The notes under the pieces are model-generated. The model made no database searches and had not been told where the DNA came from. It saw only the letters and a program-made list of their open reading frames with translations. Made by a program: the position numbers and the translations under genes. This document shows, one piece after another, positions 30,074 to 40,933 of a stretch of 64,000 nucleotides of DNA; the stretch's first letter is position 1, and each line of letters starts with the position of its first letter. Origin of the DNA: an uncultured archaeon (GTDB taxonomy: Archaea; Asgardarchaeota; Lokiarchaeia; Sigyniarchaeales; SOKP01); NCBI GenBank assembly GCA_964508365.1, contig CAZDTP010000016.1, forward strand, positions 65 to 64,064. Direction: 5' to 3'.

Positions 30074-31342
30074 ATGGTAAATTATAAAGTTGCTGATGAA
30101 AGTTTAGCAGAAAAAGGTAAAGAAGCATTATATATTGCCGAAAATAAAATGCCCGTCATTTCTAAGGTTATTCGAGAACGATTTGAAAGGGAAAAACCTT
30201 TAAAGGGCGTAATCATCGCTGGATGCCTCCATGTGACAAAAGAAACGGGAAATTTAGCTCGAACTTTAAAAGCTGGTGGTGCAGAAGTTTATTTATGTGG
30301 TAGTAATCCTTTATCAACTCAAGATGATGTATCGGCTGCATTAGTTAAAGAGGGAATTAATGTTTTTGCATGGCATGGTAACACTGATGAAGAATTTTAT
30401 TGGTGTATAAGAGAGTGCTTAAAAGCTAAGCCTAACATTCTTATAGACGATGGCGCTGATATGATTGTTACTGCTCATAAAGAATTTCCTGAATTGATTC
30501 AAAATGGTACGATTATCGCTTGTCAAGAAGAAACGACAACAGGTGTGAAGAGATTTAAGGCAATGGATAAGCAAGGGGCTTTGAAAGTTCCATTATTTCC
30601 TGTTAATGATGCTCGTTGTAAAAATCAGTTTGATAATGAATTAGGGACTGGACAAGGAGTTGTTGCAGCAATATATGGAATGCACGTCTTATTTGCTGGG
30701 AAAAATGTGATCATAGCAGGATTCGGCCATTGTTCCTCTGGAATGGCTTTAAGAGCGAGAGGATTAGGTGCTAATGTTACTATAACGGAAGTAGATCCGA
30801 TCAAAGCGCTTCAAGCTAAATTTACCGGGTACAACGTAATGCCTATAAAAGAAGCTCTTCCTTATGCTGACATCATTTTAACTGCTACTGGATGCAAGCA
30901 TGTTATTCCTCCTACCAAAGAAATGTTTGGGTTATTAAAGGATGGTGTTATATTAGGAAATTTAGGTCACTTTGATATTGAGATTCCTACTAAAGAACTC
31001 TATGAGTTTGCTAAAACAATAAACCCAGTCCGTAAGGACGTCGAGGAATTAATCTTTCCCGATGGTAAAAAAGTTTATCTTTTAGCTAAAGGACGTCTGG
31101 CTAATTTAGTACTTTCTGAGGGGCATCCTAGTGAAGTCATGGACATGTCATTTGGACTTCAAGCGTTAATGTCTGAATATATAGTTAAAAATAGTAAAAA
31201 TTTCAAACCTGGAATGGTTGATGTGCCAATTGATATTGACGATAAAGTCGGAATTTTAAAACTCAAAGCTATGGGTATAAAAATCGACACTCTAACCGAA
31301 GAACAATACAAGTACATCCACGGCTATCTTGAGGGTACATAA
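30074..31342 (+). CDS. ahcY: Adenosylhomocysteinase
   Basis: GCLHVTKET, SNPLSTQD, DDGAD, EETTTG, GHFDIEI and GHPSEVMDMSF motifs. Confidence 0.96.
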   Translation: MVNYKVADESLAEKGKEALYIAENKMPVISKVIRERFEREKPLKGVIIAGCLHVTKETGNLARTLKAGGAEVYLCGSNPLSTQDDVSAALVKEGINVFAWHGNTDEEFYWCIRECLKAKPNILIDDGADMIVTAHKEFPELIQNGTIIACQEETTTGVKRFKAMDKQGALKVPLFPVNDARCKNQFDNELGTGQGVVAAIYGMHVLFAGKNVIIAGFGHCSSGMALRARGLGANVTITEVDPIKALQAKFTGYNVMPIKEALPYADIILTATGCKHVIPPTKEMFGLLKDGVILGNLGHFDIEIPTKELYEFAKTINPVRKDVEELIFPDGKKVYLLAKGRLANLVLSEGHPSEVMDMSFGLQALMSEYIVKNSKNFKPGMVDVPIDIDDKVGILKLKAMGIKIDTLTEEQYKYIHGYLEGT

Positions 31343-31419
31343 TTAATCAGAACTGAAAAATATTTTTACAATTTTAAAATCTTAAAATTTTTTTATTACT
31401 TTTTATTTAATTCTATTGT

Positions 31420-32448
31420 TCAAGCTTTGGGAGTTAAAATATCTTCAGCATTACTCTCTCCATATATTTCGAATCCCAATTTTCTGAGACCATCTAATCC
31501 AATTGGTTCTTCAAGGAGTTTATTGGATTCCCAAATCTTTAAGTTTTTAAATTCTTTTTTTATTTCTACAGAAAATTTTAATTGTATTTGGCGCATTTTT
31601 TTACAGAAATTACAGTGTTTAGGATCTGGAGTTAACATATTAATATGAATTGCTTCGAGGTTAATGTATTTTTCAGTTAAATCTCTTGCTCTTTTAACTT
31701 CTTCATAACTTGGTTTCTCAGCTATTGAAACTAGCCTTAAAGATCCTACTGTATGGATCAATTCTGTGATTCTCTCACCACGCTTTTCTAAATCAACTAT
31801 CATATTAAAAATTTCTTTACCCAGTTCTTTTCTTTTTTCATAATCATCATCAAAGGGTTTAAAAAACTGTTTAAACATCTTCGAAAAATTACGCATCGCG
31901 CCTTTAATAGAGTTATAGAAATTTAACGAATATTTTAGGACTACTTTGACCTGATCCTCAGGGATTTCAAAAAGAGTAATCATATTAGCAGTCGGAGGAA
32001 AATCAGCTATAATGATATCAAATTGTACATCTTGAGAATTAATGTCCTCTGCATCTAAAATTTTTTGAAAAAACATGGCGTTTTTTAAAGCCAAGGGTAT
32101 AGAATCTGAAGTAAAAGTAGTATCAATAAATTTCTCGATTTGTGGGATCATACCGACTAAAGGCATCTGCTTTATGAGTGTTTTCATCTTTATAACTAAA
32201 TCTTTGGTATATATTTCAGCGTAATCATTTGCATCAGGTTCAATCGCCCATAAATTATTTGTCATGGGCGTAATTGCGTTTCCTATATCTTTTGACAGGA
32301 GATCTGATAAATTATGTGCCATATCAAACGAAATGAGAAGAATTTTTTTTTCTGGTAATAAATCTGACAATAATACTGCAGTCGCAGCGCTTATGCTACT
32401 TTTACCTACTCCCCCTTTCCCACCTAAGACTACTATCTTTTCAATCAT
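31420..32448 (-). CDS. ArsA/GET3-family ATPase (single domain, CxxC)
   Basis: GGKGGVGKSS, SFDMAHNLSD, DFPPT and C-terminal CNFC motifs. Confidence 0.9.
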   Translation of the reverse strand: MIEKIVVLGGKGGVGKSSISAATAVLLSDLLPEKKILLISFDMAHNLSDLLSKDIGNAITPMTNNLWAIEPDANDYAEIYTKDLVIKMKTLIKQMPLVGMIPQIEKFIDTTFTSDSIPLALKNAMFFQKILDAEDINSQDVQFDIIIADFPPTANMITLFEIPEDQVKVVLKYSLNFYNSIKGAMRNFSKMFKQFFKPFDDDYEKRKELGKEIFNMIVDLEKRGERITELIHTVGSLRLVSIAEKPSYEEVKRARDLTEKYINLEAIHINMLTPDPKHCNFCKKMRQIQLKFSVEIKKEFKNLKIWESNKLLEEPIGLDGLRKLGFEIYGESNAEDILTPKA

Positions 32449-32897
32449 ACTAAACCCGGAAAAAATCTAAAATTAGAAATGAAATAATAAAAATTAATAA
32501 TAATTATATAAAATAAATTCAAGAATTTTAATAATTCGACATCAATTTACTCAATATTTTTGGGAAAAAAAACTAACCTTCCAGAAATAGAGGGTTGGTC
32601 AGAATTCTTATTTTCCTCCAAATAGAAATAAAATCTACCAATATCAGTATTGATTCGGTATTTTGTTTTTTTTTTTGCATTTTTTGATATGTTTTTTAAT
32701 AATTTTCCGTTCCAATAAAGACTCATGCAATTAAAATTATTAACATGAAATATAAAATCGCATTTTATGGAGATGATATATCAAAATTTCAGATCTCTAT
32801 TATTTTTTGATAATTTTTATTGCTTTAATAACAAATACTTAAATTATTGACGAAAAAGATTTGAATTGAAAAAAATTTTTTAAAAGTATAAAAAAAT

Positions 32898-33308
32898 CTA
32901 TTTATATTTATAAAATTTGATTTTTTTGAGTGTTTTATTTAATTCCTCTGCAGAATAATTCTTATCCTTTAACCCGCTTGTAACATTACCAAAAGTTAGA
33001 CCTTCAAGAATATCGGTATAATTTTCTTTTGATATTTCAATTCCCAATTCATCAGGAAATGGTTTTAAATCGTATAAAATTCTATTTACTTCTTCAATTC
33101 GAGGTAATAGAAATTTTTCTATTCTCTGACTAAATTTTGGAGAAAGTGATGGAGAGACAGATTGTAAATTTATGCTTTCTGCTAGTGCATCAAATTGTCT
33201 CTTGTTGAGTTTCACAATACAATATTCTTTTCCTTTTTTCTTAAAATTCTCTTTTATATAAATAACATTATTTTCCAATTTATTGTATGTATTGCCATTT
33301 TCATCCAT
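32898..33308 (-). CDS. Hypothetical protein
   Basis: 136-aa ORF, ATG preceded by GTGGT. Confidence 0.6.
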   Translation of the reverse strand: MDENGNTYNKLENNVIYIKENFKKKGKEYCIVKLNKRQFDALAESINLQSVSPSLSPKFSQRIEKFLLPRIEEVNRILYDLKPFPDELGIEISKENYTDILEGLTFGNVTSGLKDKNYSAEELNKTLKKIKFYKYK

Positions 33309-33972
33309 TGTACAACCACATTTTTAATTTTTTTTTATAAATCAAGTTTTATTTATTTACTTTTAATAATTTAGCCAAATACTCTAATTCGGATAAAAGA
33401 TTCTCTTTTAGGCACAATTTTTTTTATAATTTTATAATAAATTTAGTATTTAAAAACATATCTCGGTGTGGACACAAAATTATAACATTATGGAGATAAT
33501 ATAACCATGAAGGTTAATTCTTCTTTTATTCTTAAATTGAAAAAAGATAAATTTAATGAATTATTCTTATATACTAATCATCAAAAAAATGTTAATTATT
33601 TATAGAGTTTTTAAATAAACTAACCATTCATATTAATAATCATTAAAATTTTAATAGAATAAGTAAAATTTTCAAAAACTATCATCAATTAAATAAAATA
33701 ATAACCCCAAATCAATCAAAAAAAAAAATCAATCAAAGAAGTTATTTAAAATTATTATCCAAACTTATAACGATATATAGGAAGTAGATTCATAATTCAA
33801 GCTTAATAAAGATAAATAAAACTATCTCAAAAGATAAAATATTCAATATTTTAGTTAGAATTAATCAATTTAACACTAGTTCATATCCATTAATTGGATT
33901 TTACTTCTTTTTATAAGTTTATAATTAATTTTAGATTCTTTGATAAAATCAAATATTAATTAGAAAAAAGAA

Positions 33973-35154
33973 GTGATTATGATTACTACTAATAATGTAG
34001 ATTTTACTACAAAATATGTTATCGAAGCAAAATTTAAAATTAAAGGTGTTGTTGCGCAATCAGACATAGTGGGAGCAGTCTTTGGGCAAACTGAGGGACT
34101 ACTCTTAGACTTAGATTTAAGGGATCTTCAAAAATCTGGACGAATCGGGAGAATTGAGGTTGATAATGAATCTGCTGAAGGAATTTCAGAAGGAATCATT
34201 AAAATCCCCTCGAGCCTAACTCGTAAAGAGACTGCGCTGTTGGCAGCGACTGTAGAAACTGTTTCTCGTGTAGGTCCCTGTGAAGCAGAAATTGAACTAT
34301 TGGATATTCGAGATGTTAGAGAAACTAAACGTAAACACATTATTGAGCGTGCTGCAGAATTATTAAAAAAATGGGATCAGAACTCTTTAGAACCGAGCGA
34401 AATCGAACAAAGAATCGACGCAGATATTAATCTTGGAGAAATAACATCTTGGGGTCCAGAGAACTTACCCGCGGGGCCTGATATTGATTCTAGCTCAGAA
34501 CTAATAATCGTTGAAGGTCGAGCAGATGTTTTAAACCTATTACGAATAGGAATTAAAAATACCATTGCGGTTCAGGGCACGCAAGTACCCAAATCGGTTA
34601 TAGAATTAATAAAAACCAAAAATCCCGTAATTGCTTTCCTAGATGGCGATAGAGGCGGTACTATCATTTTAAACGAATTGATGCAACTAGCAAAAGTTGA
34701 TTTCATAGCTAGAGCACCTGAAGGCACAGAAGTCGAGGAACTTACTCGTAAACAAATGATTAAGGCTCTACAGAACAAAAAATCCGCAAGGGATAAGCAA
34801 AAATTTATTACCAAAGAGAAGAAGGAAGTTACTGTAAAAGATACTTTGTTGCAGAAATTGCTTAAGAAGTTAAAGGTAAAAAATCAGAAAGCAATAATTG
34901 AAAGCCTCGAAAAAATAGAACCCGGGTATAGCATAGGATTTAATAAGAGTTTGGAGAAGTTATTTGAACTCCCAGTAGGAGAAGTCTTTGAAAAAATTAA
35001 AGAGCATAAAGATACTCAATTTCTTATAATAGACGGAATTCTAACCAAACGATTGATGCCACTAATAATAAGTATGAAAATAAAATTTATCGCATGTAAG
35101 AACAAAGAGGAAGAATTACGAGTACCAGATCAGATCGTAGTTTATTTCTTTTGA
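33973..35154 (+). CDS. dnaG: Archaeal DnaG (TOPRIM; exosome-associated)
   Basis: DIVGAVFGQTEGLL, LQKSGRIGRI, IIVEGRADV, FLDGDRGG and ARAPxGxEVE motifs. Confidence 0.95.
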   Translation: MIMITTNNVDFTTKYVIEAKFKIKGVVAQSDIVGAVFGQTEGLLLDLDLRDLQKSGRIGRIEVDNESAEGISEGIIKIPSSLTRKETALLAATVETVSRVGPCEAEIELLDIRDVRETKRKHIIERAAELLKKWDQNSLEPSEIEQRIDADINLGEITSWGPENLPAGPDIDSSSELIIVEGRADVLNLLRIGIKNTIAVQGTQVPKSVIELIKTKNPVIAFLDGDRGGTIILNELMQLAKVDFIARAPEGTEVEELTRKQMIKALQNKKSARDKQKFITKEKKEVTVKDTLLQKLLKKLKVKNQKAIIESLEKIEPGYSIGFNKSLEKLFELPVGEVFEKIKEHKDTQFLIIDGILTKRLMPLIISMKIKFIACKNKEEELRVPDQIVVYFF

Positions 35155-35212
35155 GCTTAAAAAGTTTTTTTACCCTTTTTTTTCTATTATTAATAAACCT
35201 GATAATTAATCG

Positions 35213-35644
35213 TTAAATCTGGTTGCAATTAACTTTAATAGGCAATCCTTCTGCTATTGAGTTTGATACTATACAATTTTCCCTAAAATCTTTTACGCAT
35301 TTATTAATATTTTCTTTTGAAGTAGTTTCCTTTACAGAAAATTTCATCTCAACATCCACATTAACTAATCTTAAACGTTTTTTATGACCAACATGAGCTA
35401 TTTTACCTTCAACTAAGACTTTAAATTCATTTAATTCTATATTCCTTTTTTGAAGACAATAGATAAATGTTGTTCCTAAACAACCTCCAATACCAACTAA
35501 TAAATATTCTACTGCACTTGGTCCTAAATCTGTTCCATGAAAAGATTCAGGCTCATCAACATTGAAATCTTTAAAACCTCTTACAGAAGCTTTGAAATGA
35601 AGATTTCTATTATAGGTTAACGCCACTTTCATAAAACTCAACAA
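35213..35644 (-). CDS. OsmC/Ohr-family protein
   Basis: DEPxxxxGTDxGPSAVEYLL...GGC and a second Cys in CIVSNS. Confidence 0.9.
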   Translation of the reverse strand: MLSFMKVALTYNRNLHFKASVRGFKDFNVDEPESFHGTDLGPSAVEYLLVGIGGCLGTTFIYCLQKRNIELNEFKVLVEGKIAHVGHKKRLRLVNVDVEMKFSVKETTSKENINKCVKDFRENCIVSNSIAEGLPIKVNCNQI

Positions 35645-35691
35645 TAAAATCTATTTTAATTAAAGAAGAAAAGAAGTATAATTTAAAAACT

Positions 35692-35943
35692 CTAACGAAT
35701 TCCTAAAACAGAATTTAACAATGTAAAGATAAGTTGAATCGCATAGGATAAAACTCCTAGCACTAGTATTCCAATAGCACATATCTTAAAAACTAGAAGG
35801 TAATCTTTTCTTCCTGGTTTATTAGCAATTTTGATAATTCTTTTCGTATTTTGAAAGAACACGCCAAATCGTTCGTAAAGGGATAGTTTCTTCCCTTTTT
35901 CGTACTTTGCATATTTTTCATATTTAGGATAATTATTTGACAC
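35692..35943 (-). CDS. secE: Protein translocase SecE / Sec61 gamma
   Basis: RIIKIANKP...Y...KI.AIG..VLG single C-terminal TM; downstream of ftsY. Confidence 0.92.
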   Translation of the reverse strand: MSNNYPKYEKYAKYEKGKKLSLYERFGVFFQNTKRIIKIANKPGRKDYLLVFKICAIGILVLGVLSYAIQLIFTLLNSVLGIR

Positions 35944-36000
35944 AAATAGATTAAAAATAAATATTTAAAAAATTTAACTGTTAGTTTTTTAATTGGTTAT

Positions 36001-36903
36001 CTAATCTTCCTTTATACTTAGTATACTAGAAATGAATACTTGACTGCTGAAGGATTCCAGATCGTCATACCCCTGCCCTGTTCCGATAAAAAGAATAGGT
36101 TTTTTTGTTTCATATAAAATTGATAATGCAGACCCTCCTTTCGCATCAGCATCAAATTTAGTTAGGATATTTGCGTCTATTCCCACGCTTTGATTGAATT
36201 CTTTTGCTTGAGTTAATGCGTCATTGCCCGCAAGACTGTCGCCAATAAACAAAATTAGATCAGGCTCAGCCACCTTCACAATTTTTTGCATTTCTCTCAT
36301 CAAATTCTTATTACTAACTTGTCTCCCTGCAGTATCTACTAAAACGACATCAATATTTCTTGCCTTTGCATGTTGAATCGCATCAAACGCAACACTTGCA
36401 GGATCAGATTTGTATTCGTGTTTAATGACTCTAATTCCAACATTCTGCATATGATAGGATAGTTGTTCTATTGCAGCAGCCCTAAAAGTATCTGAAGCTG
36501 CTGCTACAGAAGATATATTATTCTTTTTTAGATAATGAGCTATCTTTGCAATCGTTGTTGTCTTGCCAGTTCCATTAACTCCTAAAAAACAGATAATATA
36601 GGGCTTATTTTGGGTTTTAGTCTTCCTAATCTCATCAATTAAATTGATTTCTCTCTCGGGGGTTAAAATCTCTTTAATGACCTTTCTTAAAATATCGAAA
36701 AGCATCTTTTTTTTTGATGTTAAACGACTTATTTGTTCACCTCTCAGAGATTCACTAATTTTTTGGCATAGAACATCAGCAGTTTCTATGGCCACATCAT
36801 TGCTGATTAATAGTAAATTAAGTTCATTTAATGCGCTTTCTAAATTATCGGATGTAAGTGTTTTTTTAACAAAAGTAGAGAAAATATTACTTATTTTTTT
36901 CAT
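36001..36903 (-). CDS. ftsY: SRP receptor FtsY (short NG form)
   Basis: GVNGTGKTTTIAK, DTFRAAA, DTAGR, TKxDADAKGG and GTGQGYDDL motifs. Confidence 0.96.
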   Translation of the reverse strand: MKKISNIFSTFVKKTLTSDNLESALNELNLLLISNDVAIETADVLCQKISESLRGEQISRLTSKKKMLFDILRKVIKEILTPEREINLIDEIRKTKTQNKPYIICFLGVNGTGKTTTIAKIAHYLKKNNISSVAAASDTFRAAAIEQLSYHMQNVGIRVIKHEYKSDPASVAFDAIQHAKARNIDVVLVDTAGRQVSNKNLMREMQKIVKVAEPDLILFIGDSLAGNDALTQAKEFNQSVGIDANILTKFDADAKGGSALSILYETKKPILFIGTGQGYDDLESFSSQVFISSILSIKED

Positions 36904-36959
36904 TTACTAGATCACTTGAATAGAAAATCGATTTAATCAAAAAAAGAGTTTACCACAAA

Positions 36960-37385
36960 TTATTTTTGCGCCATCCTGTTTTGGAGCATTTGATTCATTC
37001 CTTGAAGATTTAAATCTAAGGCAAAAATTCTTTCCTTGAGAAATTTCAATTGTGTATTGTGTTGGTCAATAAGTTTGTTTAAAAATTCTATGGCTTCTTC
37101 AACAGTTTTTTCTATAACTGTATCTTGGTTAACAAACACAAGAACATTTTTGGTATCTTTAATCGTTGCTTTTATGCTTGCTAATCCCCCTATGGGGATT
37201 AGTATTTCGTCGTTTTCGTTAACACCTTCGAGAAGACTATCCAAAGTTCGTTTAGTAGTAAAAAGATTTCCAAGAGAAGCATTTATTATTTCGAATTGAC
37301 CTTGAAACATATCTCTCTGTTCTTTGAAATACCTATACTGATTTAATTGTTGTTCAAAATTTTGAGTATCTTCCATACAAATCAA
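36960..37385 (-). CDS. pfdA: Prefoldin alpha subunit
   Basis: Coiled coils flanking EILIPIGG beta hairpins; operon position. Confidence 0.92.
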   Translation of the reverse strand: MICMEDTQNFEQQLNQYRYFKEQRDMFQGQFEIINASLGNLFTTKRTLDSLLEGVNENDEILIPIGGLASIKATIKDTKNVLVFVNQDTVIEKTVEEAIEFLNKLIDQHNTQLKFLKERIFALDLNLQGMNQMLQNRMAQK

Positions 37386-37403
37386 CTTTTTTTTAAAAAT
37401 TAT

Positions 37404-37637
37404 CTATCTAGACAATTCTCGAATTAGATAATCTTGAGATTCATCAGGAGATATTTCTTTTATTTCCTGAATATTAATTTGCCTTCTTAAAATACCTATT
37501 GAAGTTATTTGACTTAGAGCTTTTTCTAAGGCATCTTTCTCCTTTAAAGCTCGAACTTCCTTCCGAAATAAATATTTTTTGTACTTTTTTTTATAGGTCC
37601 CTATGATCCTGAAGATTTTTATCTCTGTTGCTGACAT
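37404..37637 (-). CDS. rpl18a: 50S ribosomal protein LX (eL20/L18a)
   Basis: KIFRIIG...F.KEVRA...ALEK...RRQI.I..I.EI motif; operon position. Confidence 0.9.
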   Translation of the reverse strand: MSATEIKIFRIIGTYKKKYKKYLFRKEVRALKEKDALEKALSQITSIGILRRQINIQEIKEISPDESQDYLIRELSR

Positions 37638-37745
37638 AATTTAACATTTCCATTGCTTCAACGAAGTTAACCATGATAATAATTATAAAAATATTAAATT
37701 TTGCTTTTTTTAATAGAACTAAAGATAACATTTAGAAAAGAAGAT

Positions 37746-38426
37746 TTAAAGCATTAGCACATTAGTTAAACGCATCATTTCAGGACCCGTGCATGCATTA
37801 CCAAAAAAACCGCTTCGATCGTTGACAACCGCACCTGAAGAGAGATAAGGTATGCCTCTGTTTACAGTAGAAACATCTGTCTCATTAACTTTTAAAATAT
37901 CGGAAATAACTTCGATCTCTTCGTCGGTTGTTAAAGGATGCACTAAACAACCTTTATTGTTTGCGACCGAAATCGATCCGGGAAGACTAATATTTACATA
38001 TTCATAAACAACGGTTTCAACATTTAAAGTATCTTCAATTAGGTTCTTATACTCCTTTAAGAAAGAAGATATTATTGCGCCTTTATCATTACATAATATT
38101 AAATTCCCAAACGCATTATCTAAAGATTTAAGAACTCCTATTTGATAATCTCCGCTTAAATCGTTTGTATACATCTTTAAGTTTTGAAGCTCGTCGTCCC
38201 TAATTATGTGTGGAACGATTATTCCATTTATATTACTTGCGGTGTATACTCCTAATAAGGTGGAATTGTTAATCGAAATAGGAAAAAAGGGTTCGCTGAA
38301 TACACTTTTAATTTTTTCAATTGTTGAAGCGATTAGAGTAGAGGGGTACAAGCCATAGGAATTATTTACTGCTAAGTAAACACCTACCGAATTCCCTCCA
38401 AAAATCTGATACTTTAAAATCGTCAT
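37746..38426 (-). CDS. eif6: Translation initiation/anti-association factor 6
   Basis: VGVY, AFGNLILCNDKGA, ANNKGCLVHP, TVNRG and TGPE motifs. Confidence 0.95.
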   Translation of the reverse strand: MTILKYQIFGGNSVGVYLAVNNSYGLYPSTLIASTIEKIKSVFSEPFFPISINNSTLLGVYTASNINGIIVPHIIRDDELQNLKMYTNDLSGDYQIGVLKSLDNAFGNLILCNDKGAIISSFLKEYKNLIEDTLNVETVVYEYVNISLPGSISVANNKGCLVHPLTTDEEIEVISDILKVNETDVSTVNRGIPYLSSGAVVNDRSGFFGNACTGPEMMRLTNVLML

Positions 38427-38603
38427 TTAACAAAACTAACTTATATTTTATGTGTTTGATAAAGTTTTAAATCATAAATATTTTATTAAAAATGGATAGT
38501 TTTAGCAAGTCTACTGTAAACTATTTAGAATTTCTGTTTTTAGCAAATCTCCATTTTAATTTATAGTTAATCTTTATTAACAAAGAATTCTCAATTATTA
38601 CCT

Positions 38604-40826
38604 ATGATTGATTGGATTATTGCTTTTTTCTACTTTTTAAATACCCTTGGATTTTTAACATTAGAGCAAATTTTTACAAAGAGTCTAATATTACTGATAT
38701 TTTGTCGAGGTTTCTACATCTTTACCTACTTTTTCACTTATTTAAAGAACAATTCCAGTGAGACAAAAGAAACGACACAAAATTTTTCTACCAGAGAGAA
38801 AACCTACTTCGGTATTAAACAACTCCTGATTTTTTTATTTGGTATGTTGTTTTTCCCGGTTTCTGTATTCATCTCTGTCTATTCGCTCATTATAAGTGGA
38901 TATTATCTTAAAAATATTGCAGAAAATAGGAGTAAAAAATGGCTTAAAGGTTTGAGTAAATTAATCATAATATCAACTCCAATTGTAGGAATACTGTGGT
39001 TTACTTTTGTCGAAATAGATTATTATTCTATAGCTGCTGTTGGGCTCAGTTTACTAGCTTTCCTGCACTACGGTTTAAAAATTTCTAAACTATCAGTATC
39101 AGAATTACTGGTGAAATTTACGAAAAGACGGTTAACAAAACTTCCCAAAATCGTTCAATATGTTGTCCTTTTAATCCTTATAGCATTTCCAATAACATTA
39201 ACAATAGGAACCGCTGTATATGCTCCGCAAAACAAATTCACTTTCATGGTACCTATGAGAGACGATATTGAACTAGCTACGGATGTATATTTTGCCCCCG
39301 GATCTTTTGGTGCACCAAGACCGGTGATACTTATAAGAACGACATATGGTAAAAATGGAATGGGTGATCTTTATGGGATGTTATACCTTACCCAAAATTA
39401 CCATGTAGTAATGCAAGATTGCAGAGGTACTTTTGATTCTCCTGCTGGAGATAAATTCATACTCTTTGCCAATGCCTATAAAGATGGTGTAGACACAATT
39501 AATTGGATCTTAGATCAAAATTGGTGTAACGGCAAAATTGCTTCAGCCGGAGCATCTGCACTCGGTTTAAATCAATTTTTCTATGCAGGAATGAATCCTG
39601 AAGGTTTGGTTGCACAGTCTCTAATGATCGCTTCTCCTGATCTATACAAGACTACAATCTATCAAGGAGGTGCTTTTAGAGAGAGTACATCGACACAATG
39701 GGCTAAATTGACTGCTCCGGATAATTATCTGTATCAACTTGAGCAATTGACGAGTCATCCTATGAAAGATAATTTCTACAACTCCTCGTCGTTATTTATG
39801 GATATCGGACCTACTTTTGAAAATGTAAATGTAAGTGCACTGCATATTGGCGGGTGGTATGACTTGTTTCAACAAGGTACTCTAGATGGCTTCATAGGAT
39901 ATGATGATTTAGGACTTCCAAACGCCCGAGGAAAACAACTACTTATCATGGGGCCGTTTACTCATGGTTTCCCTGATGAAGGACAACAAGGTGAGTTATA
40001 TTTTCCTACTAAATCGATTAGTGCAGCTGATTTATATCTTGATTGGGAACAAAAACTATTTGATCATGCACTAATAGGTACTCAATTCGATTGGACAGGT
40101 GACAGGGTAGCGTATTATATGATGGGAGATTTAGACGATCCTTCTACAGATGTCAACGACTATCGTTATGCAAAAGATTGGCCTCTGCCTTATGAAAACG
40201 ATTCTTGGTACTTTGATGTTGGAGGAGGCTTTTTAAATAATACATTGGCACTTACAAACGCAAATTATTCATATTTGTATGATCCTCGCAATCCAGTGTC
40301 AACATTAGGGGGAACAAACCTAATGATCCCTTCTGGACCATATGATCAGAGATTAGTTGAAAATAGAAGTGATGTTCTAATATTTGAAAGTTCTTCATTA
40401 ACATCTCCTTACGAGATAATTGGTCATATGTGGGCTCATCTCTATATTAAATCAAATTGTACAAATACCGATTTTACCGTTAAGATAAGTGATGTGTATC
40501 CAGATGGACGGTCTATTTTAATTAGCGATAGTATAATAAATGCAGCTAGAAGAGATGGTTTTAATAGTACAGCACCCGATTTAAATACCGTAGAATTTGC
40601 AGAGGTTGATATTGATCTATGGTCAACGGCATATAAATTCAACACTGAGCATAAAATTAGAATTGCTATATCAAGTTCAAATTACCCTCGCTTTGCTGCG
40701 AACCCAAACACAGGAGCACCACAAGAAATTTATTCCTATCAATATCTTCAGAAATATATAGCAAATAATACTCTTTTAATAGGACCTGATTATCCCTCTC
40801 ATATTATCCTCCCAAGACCGATCTAA
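38604..40826 (+). CDS. CocE/NonD-family serine hydrolase with N-terminal multi-TM anchor (paralogue 1)
   Basis: VPMRDxIxLATDVY, RTTY, QDCRG, GASALG, GGWYD, GPFTHG and SSSNYPRF motifs; ~200-aa TM N-terminus. Confidence 0.9.
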   Translation: MIDWIIAFFYFLNTLGFLTLEQIFTKSLILLIFCRGFYIFTYFFTYLKNNSSETKETTQNFSTREKTYFGIKQLLIFLFGMLFFPVSVFISVYSLIISGYYLKNIAENRSKKWLKGLSKLIIISTPIVGILWFTFVEIDYYSIAAVGLSLLAFLHYGLKISKLSVSELLVKFTKRRLTKLPKIVQYVVLLILIAFPITLTIGTAVYAPQNKFTFMVPMRDDIELATDVYFAPGSFGAPRPVILIRTTYGKNGMGDLYGMLYLTQNYHVVMQDCRGTFDSPAGDKFILFANAYKDGVDTINWILDQNWCNGKIASAGASALGLNQFFYAGMNPEGLVAQSLMIASPDLYKTTIYQGGAFRESTSTQWAKLTAPDNYLYQLEQLTSHPMKDNFYNSSSLFMDIGPTFENVNVSALHIGGWYDLFQQGTLDGFIGYDDLGLPNARGKQLLIMGPFTHGFPDEGQQGELYFPTKSISAADLYLDWEQKLFDHALIGTQFDWTGDRVAYYMMGDLDDPSTDVNDYRYAKDWPLPYENDSWYFDVGGGFLNNTLALTNANYSYLYDPRNPVSTLGGTNLMIPSGPYDQRLVENRSDVLIFESSSLTSPYEIIGHMWAHLYIKSNCTNTDFTVKISDVYPDGRSILISDSIINAARRDGFNSTAPDLNTVEFAEVDIDLWSTAYKFNTEHKIRIAISSSNYPRFAANPNTGAPQEIYSYQYLQKYIANNTLLIGPDYPSHIILPRPI

Positions 40827-40933
40827 AAATGCTCTAATCAATTTTATTTTTTTTCTATTTTTTGGATATATCTCTCTAAATGAAAAGATATTTTCGTAAA
40901 CCTTTATAAGTGAGTTAAAATCATTTATGAATT

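Noticed and set aside
33709-33737. AAATCAATCAAA duplicated around a poly-A run
   Set aside because: Simple slippage duplication in low-complexity DNA.
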